Below, piece after piece: positions 54,290 to 64,000 of a stretch of 64,000 bases of DNA. The translations under genes were made by a program, and so were the position numbers. This DNA comes from the human T2T-CHM13v2.0 reference genome, Homo sapiens: the NCBI RefSeq assembly GCF_009914755.1, contig NC_060947.1, one strand, 5' to 3'. Position 1 is the first letter of the stretch, and each line of letters opens with the position of its first letter. The notes under the pieces were generated by a model. It saw only the letters and a list, made by a program, of their open reading frames with translations. It ran no database searches and was not told where the DNA came from.

Positions 54290-55800
54290 TCCCATCTAAC
54301 TCATTTCCCCTCTCCTGACATTCATGCCCTGCAGGAAACCTCAACTCCTACTTTACTATGGCAATCCAGTATGAGTTTTCTGTTATCAACAGCTGGTCCC
54401 CTTTCTGAACTCTCCTTCTCCTCTCATCCTTGTTTTTATTAAAGAAAGAAGGGTCTCTCCTCTATGAGTCTTCACTCCTATGCTGCTCTGTTTCCTGAAA
54501 GACCTTGCTCTAGCATTTATGCATTCCATATCCATGTCTTCACTATATTTCTTTCCATCAGCTCCTTTTCTCTCTATCATCAAATAAGATCAGTTTCCCC
54601 TACTTAGAAATGCTTTTTGCTACAGAAGTCTGAAATTGCAGTTTTCTTTACTGAACCACACACACAACTCCTTCTCAGTTTCTTTTGTTGGATCCTCTTT
54701 GTTGCCCAGCCCTTAAAGTATTGGTATTGCTCAGTGTTCTGTCCTCTGACAGCTCTGCTTCTCACTCAACACTACACGACCCTACTTCAACCCAGAGAAA
54801 TCCACATTTTCTCTCATAGATTCAATTACCAACTATTTGCTGTTGCCTCCCAAATCTCTATTTTCTGGATTAAGTCTCTCTGAACTTGAGATACACATAG
54901 CCAAATGTCTACTATATACCTCCACTAGGATATCCAGCAGGTACCTCAAAATCAACATATGCTAAACTGAATTCATCAATTCTATTCTCAAAACGACTCC
55001 TCAACTGATGTTTCCTACATCAGCATACACTCGCTTATCCAAGCCAAACATTTTGATGTCATTCTTGGATGTTCTTTCTCCCAAAACTTCCCACTGCCAA
55101 TTAATTAGCAATAACTGTCAATTCCACCTCCCACATATTTATCGAGTCCACCCACTCCTCTCTCTCTCTCTCTACTGACAACTTCATGTCTCTCCTAAAC
55201 TACTATAACAGGCTCATAACTCATAACTGGCCTTGCCTTCCCCCTGCCCATGCACAGTTAGAGGGATCTTTCTAAAGTACAAACCTGATTAAAGCACTCT
55301 CCTGCTTAAGCCTTTCAGCAGCTTCCCAATGCCAGTTTGGATTGAATTCAAAGTCCTTGACACAGCCCTGTAAGTTTCTTTATTAGTTGACTCCTGCTTA
55401 CCTCTTCAATGGTATCTCTACAAAATCACTCAGGCCACCATTTTTTTCAGTTGCTTAGTGTTCTTGTTTTCTTTTCTCTCTAGATCCCCACACAGGGTGT
55501 TTCCTGCTTGGATCACTCCCTTTTCCTCTCATCTAGCTAATCCCAGCTCATCGTGTAGGTCTCCGTTTAAACATCACTTTCTCTGAAAAGCCTTCCAGAC
55601 CTCTCGAGTCTGGGATAGATGGCCCTCCTCATGTGCTATGTTAATACCCTGTGTCTCCCACACGTTGGTACTTATCAGATTGTCTTGCAGTTGACAGTTT
55701 TCTTGTTTTTCTTCTCTACTAGACTATAATCTACATGACAGTGTTTCCAGCACTCTAGTGCTAAGAACGTAGTAGGTGCACAGAAATAATTGTGGAACAG
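54290..55800. mobile_element. L2 fragments including 3' end
   Basis: CCCAAATCTCTAT, CCTCAAAATCAACAT..CTAAACTGAA, CTAGACTATAA.CT.CATGA, GTAGTAGGTGC motifs. Confidence 0.75.
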
Positions 55801-55859
55801 AACTGAATTAAATGTCTCCAAGATTCTTCATCAAATGCAAGGCTTTTATTCTCGTTATT

Positions 55860-56148
55860 TTTACTTTTTTTTTTAATTTTTTTGAGACAGGGTCTTGCTC
55901 TGTCGCCCAGGCTGGAGTGCAGTGGTGCAACCTCCACCTGCCGGGTTCAAGCCATTCTTGTGCCTCAGCCTCCCGAGTAGGTCGGATTACAGGCACATGC
56001 CACCACGCCCGGCTAATTTTTTATTTTTAGTAGAGATGGGGTTTCATCATGTTGGCCAGGCTAGTCTTGAACTCCTGACCTCAAGTGATCCGCCCTCCTC
56101 AGCCTCCCAAAATGCTGGAGTTACAGGTGTGAGCCACTGCGCTCAGCC
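55860..56148 (-). mobile_element. AluS with small internal deletion
   Basis: GCAGTGGTGCAACCTCC junction lacks the ATCTCGGCTCAC segment. Confidence 0.93.
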
Positions 56149-59122
56149 TTATTCTGATTTTTAATCTTTCTGGATACTCAAATTGTTTGATCCTTCCCTG
56201 TCTTCTAAAATTATTCTCCTTTGTTTTAAGAGACAGCACAGTATGCAACTTGTCTTTCTACTTTTTTGAGAATTTCTAGTCCTTGTTTGCTGATTCCTTT
56301 CCTGTCCCTTAACTTTGGACTTTCCTCAAAGACTCTGTTCTTCACTGTACTTTATCTCCACACTCAGTGTCTAGAATATAATAAATATTCAAAAATTATT
56401 GTTTCCTTCCTTCTCCCATTCTCCAGAAGTTCATTTAATCTCATGACTCCAAATGTCTCCCAGATTCATGTTGCAGTCTGAGCAATGCAATGGAGTACCA
56501 GTCACCTGATACCTCAAATAAACTATAATTAAAAACCATGGCACTCAACCATACCCATTCAGTTTATTCCTACAACACAACTTCTGTATTTGCCAAAACT
56601 GTAACCAAGAGTCTCTTAATCACTGAGGATCCATACATCAGGCATCTCTAGCTCCACTAACTACTTTATACTCTGGGTGCAATTACCCAGCAAGTGTTAC
56701 CTTTTCCCTAGAAATGATCCCATCTATTGATTTTTTTCTCTACTTTCCCCCTTTATTTTTTCTACCCTCTTCTTTTTACTCTTATATTACTGTAATGGAT
56801 TTCTTCCTAGTTGACTTTCCTGATCTCAGTATCATCCACTTTCAGATCTATTTTGTATACTGCCACCAGACTCATCACCCATACACACTCCTTTCATGGC
56901 CAAGGGCTTTTCACACAGTACACTCAATAAATATGACAGAAAACCAACTCACTATCCCCTCAAGAACTTACAGTGGCTACAAATCATCTGCTAAGTCCAA
57001 ACTCCCCTTTCCGACCTTTTTCCTTCCTTCTGGCCCTAACCAGCTTTTCAGCTTTATCACAACCCCATACTATTCTTCCATACATCCTACTTTCCTGACT
57101 TGCTGAACTTCTTGCCTTTTCCAAAACACATTCTACTTCATTCCATTGCCCCGTTGGTTCCTCTACCTTGAGCAAATCCACTCCCCTATCAGTATGAAAA
57201 GCCTAATATTTTTAATATTGAGTTAAAATGTCACTTCTTCTGTTACTCAGGTAGAGTCGATGCTCATTCTGTGCCTGTTCTGTACTTCGTACTTAATACA
57301 TTCATTACTTTCTTCCTAGTATCATAGTAATGTGCATGTCTACACGATAAATTTCATGATGTCTGGAATTCTCACTTGTTCATTCTTATAATTCATGATG
57401 CATCCAAACCAGTTCCTGTAATGCACACAGTAGGCACTTGGCAATCAGTCCTCGACTTGGCCACATTGTCAAGCATTTATTGATGTCCCCACTATTGGTC
57501 TCCACCAAGTGAAGAGTCAGGAGGCAGCTCTCTTTGAATAAAATTCAGCTGGGCATACCCAACTCTGGTAAGACACTGTCAGCTTTGGCAGGAGCAGCTT
57601 CTGGGTATCTGCCTAACTTACAAGTCTCACCATAATCCGCCTGTCCAATGTATACAGCCTTGCTTCTTATTTGTTCCTAAGCCTGTGTCCTCCACTTTAC
57701 ATTATTTTAAATCTTTCAACTCAGCCTTTGTTCACGCAGTTGTCCATGCCAGAAATACTCTTCCCTTATTCTGATAAATCCTCCCCAAACTTCAGACCCA
57801 GATTAAGTCTTACTTTATCCATGATGTCATCTTTAACTATTTGAGCCCGCGTTTATCTCTCCTATGTCTGAATTCCTTTGGCAGAGATAATGTAATATAT
57901 TATGGTGTTCTCAAATTCTTTCCTGCGTATGTCTTGCTTTTCTCAGCAAGAGAATTGACTCTTTGGGGGCAAAGATCATGTCTTAGTCTCCTTTGGTAAT
58001 CAGTGCTGCTGATCATTAGATTGATAAATCAATAGAGCTATTTTCTTCCGTATTACTAATTTCTCATAAATTGAGAAAAGATCCCCCATAGCCTACTTTT
58101 GTCTATTAAAGAACTATATATCAGGTCTGAGAGATAATCTAAGGATTAGCCAATATTATTTAAAATGAGAGATTTAAAAAAAATTTTTTTTGCAATTAAA
58201 TCAGTTTCTTTGCAGTTAATCCAGCTTGTTGTCTTGCAATAGGTTAAGGCAGTTAGGAGAAAGAGTTAATTAAAGACGATGGATTTTGTGGCTATTTGTG
58301 AAACATGGTTGAACAAGATCCTGATAAATCAAATTCACTATCTTTTTTTTAATTATAGGAAAAATAATAAGGTCTATGTTCTGGTGATTAGATCATTTTG
58401 GTAGTGAAATCTTTGTGGATGATATTTGGACTTTCATCACAGATTTAATCCATTCGAACACTTAAAGGGTTGTTTACAAAGTTGAATAACCAAGCATGGT
58501 TTGACCCAGAGAGGTGTGCATAAGCTTCACATATGACACAAGGAAGAGCTGAAAGGCAGCGGTGAACAAACGGCACAGTGTGGCTTAGATTTTATAATGC
58601 ACACTGGATTTTCAGGATATGCAGGGAGAAAAAAAACATAACAGCATTTCTCTGCTTATTTCTTTATATTTAGGTTCATTTCTTGTTCTAAGGAATCAGT
58701 TTCCTCTTAAGTGTTTTGATTTTTTTTTCACACAATGAACTGGTTAACAGCATTTTGATTTTGCAACCATTGCTTTAAACTCACTATAATAAGCTATGCT
58801 ATTGACCATGTCAGAAGGCAGATGAGATCAGACCTTAGATGGAGGTCTGTTTTGCTTCTTACAGTCACTCATTTCTATATTTTTATATTAATGAGGGTAA
58901 AATGTTGCATTCTTTCTCTTTGGTCTCTGTTTTGTCTTTTCCAACTGCCACAGAATGCTAGCTATTCTATGATCAAAGCTCCCCTGAAAGCCTTTAACCC
59001 TCACAGGTCACTAGCCAGTACTTTAGTGGGTCACTCTAGTCATCATTTTCTTACAGCTCACCAACAGCTACTTACAAGAGCATTTGACTAGAAATGCTCC
59101 CTCAATTTAATAAGCCCTCTAG

Positions 59123-59123
<1 letters not shown>

Positions 59124-59160
<37 letters not shown>

Positions 59161-59695
59161 AGGAACAATGTCCACACAGAAACCTGAACACAAATGTGCA
59201 TAAGAGCTTTCTCATAATAGTCAAAAAAGTGAAAACAACCCAAATGCCCATCAGCGGATGAAAGGATAAATAAAATGTGCCATATCCATACAATGGAGTA
59301 CTATTTGTTACTGAAAAGGAATTAAGTACTGATACATCTATACAACATGGACGATACCTGAAAGCACTATGGTAAGTGAAAGAAGCCAGACACAAAAGGC
59401 TACATATTGTGTGATCTCATTTATAAGAAATATCCACAATAGGCAAATCTAAAGAGACAGAAAGCAGATTAACGTTTGCCAGGGCCTGAATGGGGGGTGT
59501 GGCATGGGGATGAAAAGTGATAGATAATGGGTATCGGTATTCTTTTTGAGATGATGAAAATATTCCAAATTAGATTGTGATGATGGTTGCATAACACTGT
59601 GAATATACTAAAAAATTTGAATTGTACATTTTAAATGGGTGAATTTGTATGGTATGTGAATTGTATCTCGATTTTTGAAAAAAAAAAAAAAAAAA
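59124..59695 (+). mobile_element. (CA)n followed by L1MB/MC 3' end with poly-A
   Basis: ATGTCCACACAGAAACCTG...AAGCCAGACACAAAAGG...GTATGTGAATTGTATCTC then A run. Confidence 0.9.
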
Positions 59696-60363
59696 ACACT
59701 TAAAAGTCTCCTTTTGAGGACACAGCTAGCTCCCAATTTTAAATACTGGTTCTGCATCAGAATCTTCAGAGGTAGCGACCTGGAATCTCTGCATTATAAT
59801 AAATTCTTGACTGATTATTATGCACAACTAAAATTTAAGGATCACAGAATTAAAAGAAACAAACCTTGCACTGTCTCCATGAGATATAACTGCAAATGTC
59901 TCCATTCAGGGAGAAGTTGCAATTATTCTCAAGTGAATAATACTCACTTCTTTGTTGTTGTTGTAGGTCAGGTATTTAAGTTTTGGTTGATTGATCTTTG
60001 TGTATCTACTTTCAATTTTCAGATCAAGTTTCTTTTATACCTCTGAGAGAAAGGATGAAAACACAGGATCCACTAATACTCTGTTCACTGTGAATTAAAA
60101 TTAGAAAATTGCTATCAGTCTCACTTCTGAAAGCATTTGTGGAAAACTAGTTCAGGGTTTTCCTCCTTCCACAGCTAAGGAAAGAAAAATAAGATTCTGT
60201 ATTATACAGTAAGTTGGAAATGTGAGTGAAGTTAGAACTTATGATTCTCTTGTCCTGAGTGGCTTTTGCTCAGCTGTCATTGAGGTTTTAAATTGTACAT
60301 CAGGCTGTGGTATTAATTCCCTAACAGGCATGGAATTGTAACCATCTACCTCATTCTAGCTCA

Positions 60364-60609
<246 letters not shown>

Positions 60610-62465
60610 GTAATTCCAGCTGACCTTGGTGGTCTTACTATCAGAAATAACTGAAGAAAGTGGATTGACATTTGATAGGTGAATGGGATAATCTTGATAA
60701 TAATATGGTACTAAGTTAGAGAAGTATTGGGTAATATAGTTTACAGATCCTGTGTAGGCTTCACATTGATGAAGTTACGGTGCTGCTAGCTATCTAATGA
60801 TTAATATGGTAAAAATCTTAGGTTATCTCGCCCCTTCATCAATTTTTTTTCAAATAAAAAAGCATCTGCAGAGCATAGTTTAGTAACTTTTACTCATATA
60901 TGAGAAAATTGCTTATTTTCTTGTTTCCTGAAAATCTAAACCAAACATGAAATTTAAGTGAAACAAAGAATAAGGTTTATTAAGTGTAACTACCTGAAAT
61001 CTCATTTTTCACACGTCAACAATTAAAAGTAGCTAATGTTCATGTAGTCAATAAAATTCAATAAATATTTATTGGTCACCTCCTGTGGTGCCAGGAAGTA
61101 CACTAGGCAAACATCGTGATATTGGATGAATAAAACGTGGCTCCTGGCCTTGAGGAGTTCAGCGGAGGAAGTAAAGCTTTACTTATTCATAAAGTATATC
61201 TGTGATAATAGACTATAGTTCTAGGTACTGAAAAAAATACCTGGAAATGAAATATTAGGTTAGGGATTTGGACTTGGCAAAATGAAAAGCTAAAAATCTT
61301 ATCTTTTCATAAAAGTCACAATGATATATGGGCTATGATAATAGCTTACAGTTCTAAATGCTATGTGGTAAATAATGTTGATTCTTGGATAAACTATTTC
61401 CTCATCATTTTAGTAGGTTAGACATAAAGCTTGAGATATGTACTATTACTCTTAAAGAGTTTGGCAAATTTTATGCATTTTCATGGGTTTATAATCTTGG
61501 CACTTTGTTGTTACAATACCTTATGTTTAATTACAGAAGGCTGAAAAAAGAAAAAATAGGGAAAACACTAGCGAATGTTAAAAATGTTTATTATTAAACA
61601 TCATTCACTAATTCAAAAAGTGTATGCTGAAAATAGGATTGTTTGAGATTTTTCATATCCTTGAGGCTATTATTGGTCTATTGGAAACGACTTTTGTAGA
61701 TCATGCTACTCTTCACTTTGTGAATGGAATTTTGGCTATGGCAGATAGTACACAGCATCGTTCCCAGTATGTCTAGCAGGCAGCAGACTGAAGTATCTTT
61801 TACCAGCACTATTTCTTTCCCTCCCTGCATCACAGATATTTTTAGAACCTGATACTGGATTTAAGTGAATTTGTCATCGCTCTGCATACATTGTAAAACA
61901 CAGCCTATTGAAAGCTCCTTTTCAGCTCTCCCTTGCTACTAGTAAAGGAGGAAAATTGCAAGCAGGGTCTCCTTAAACCTGCTTAGAAGTGGGGCAATCA
62001 TACATGTTGAGAGTACCAAAAGTGCAATTTGAAATTGGTTGTAATTAAGGTGGTTAATGAAAATGACTTTAAAAAAAAAAACTACATGGAAAGAAAAGTT
62101 AATCAAAGAAAATGTGTCACATGACATATGTCATTTTGAAGCATAAGGTAAATATTTCAATATGTCTTCAGTTTTCTCCAAAATATTTTAGAATGAAGAC
62201 AAACTAATTTTTGAAAACCAAAATTCTATTTCCAACTGCTTCATATCCTTTTTTTTTTAAAAGACAGGCAATACTTCATTTAAAACCCGTCACAGAAATG
62301 AACAGCTTGAGTCTGTAATACAGCATACATGTTTTAAAGCCTAAGTCAGTAATTGTATATGAGAGCATATACATACACTGCTGCATACAAATTAACTCAT
62401 CAGACCACAATTTTTCAATGTTTAAAACAGAATAAGCTTCCCTGTGAAAGCAGCATCTGTGCTGG

Positions 62466-63027
<562 letters not shown>

Positions 63028-63136
63028 TAGTAAGGGTCATGTTTCACCACCTGGCTGGCTTGCTCAAAGAAAGCATTGGTAATCTCTGCTACAGAAAGCT
63101 GTCTATGGTAGGCTTTCCCAGTAGAGATGATGAGGG

Positions 63137-63503
63137 TGTATTAGTTTGTTTTCATACTGCTGATAAAGACATACACAAGGCTGGGCAATTTACAAAAGCA
63201 AGAGGTTTATTGGACTTACAGCTCCACATGGCTGGGGAGGCCTCACAATCATGGTGGAAGACAAGGAGGAGCAAGTCACATCTTACATGGATGGCAGCAG
63301 GCAAAGAGAGAGCTTGTGCAGAGAAACTCCAGTTTCTAATAGCCAACAGGTCTTGTGAGAGTTATTCACTATCATGAAAACAGCACTGGAAAGACCCACC
63401 CCCATGATTTAATCATCTTCCACCAAGTCTCTCCCACAACACATGGGGATTATGGTAGCTACAAAATGAGATTTGGGTGGGGACACAGAGCCAAATCATA
63501 TCA
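63137..63503 (-). mobile_element. THE1 (MaLR) solo LTR inserted in the pseudogene CDS
   Basis: TGTATTAGT...CCAAATCATATCA; perfect 5-bp TSD GAGGG at 63132-63136 and 63504-63508. Confidence 0.96.
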
Positions 63504-64000
63504 GAGGGCATAGTTGCCCAGAGAGAAGTGGATGCAGGGATAGGACTCCAGGTTGGTCTGGAGTTCTGTCAGATCAATATTTAGGGTTCCATCAAATCTC
63601 AGGGAAGCAGTGACAGAGGACACAATTTGACCTATGAACCTATTTAGGTTAGTGTAGGTTGGGGGCTTAATATCAAGGTTTCTATAACAGATGCCCTAAA
63701 TGGCCTCACTGTCTATCATGAAAGCACAATCGGAGTGCTCCAGGTGATGTGGGTGGTGAGAGTGGAATTGTAGGGCTCTAGTACAGGTATGGAAACCTGA
63801 GGAGCTGGGTAAATGGAGAACTCCAGCTCGGATTTCTTACCATAGTCAACAGAGAGACATTCCATGAGCAGGGAGGTGAACCCAGAACCAGTTCCCCTGC
63901 CAAAGCTGTGAAAACCAAGAAGCCCCGAAGACCTGTGCACAAGTTGGCCAGTTTATGAATTTGGCCCAACATGAAGTCAATTATCTCCTTGCCAATGGTG

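Overview
Repeat-rich, CpG-poor primate (human-like) nuclear DNA with no complete protein-coding gene and nothing prokaryotic. Much of the window is interspersed repeat: Alu, L1, L2, MIR, ERV1/MaLR/ERVL solo LTRs and hAT/Tigger DNA transposon fossils. The right end holds the 3' three-quarters of a processed TUBA1A-type alpha-tubulin pseudogene (- strand), interrupted by a THE1 LTR and an Alu. Splice and promoter signals suggest the window lies inside a large minus-strand gene that I cannot name. The inferred chain is a TATA/MEF2 internal promoter near 12.3 kb, exons at 12081-~12271, 10768-10923 and 9636-9701, and a 6-nt microexon (GAAAAG) at 528-533. Other unusual structure: an 89-bp-arm inverted repeat in non-repeat sequence (54036-54262), a 2.15-kb purine/pyrimidine-alternating array with higher-order units (41537-43694), and a multi-layer transposon nest inside a Cheshire-type hAT element (27089-31714). 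Repeat subfamily calls are from memory of consensus sequences, and boundaries without target-site duplications (TSDs) are approximate. The exon model is inference from motifs only.
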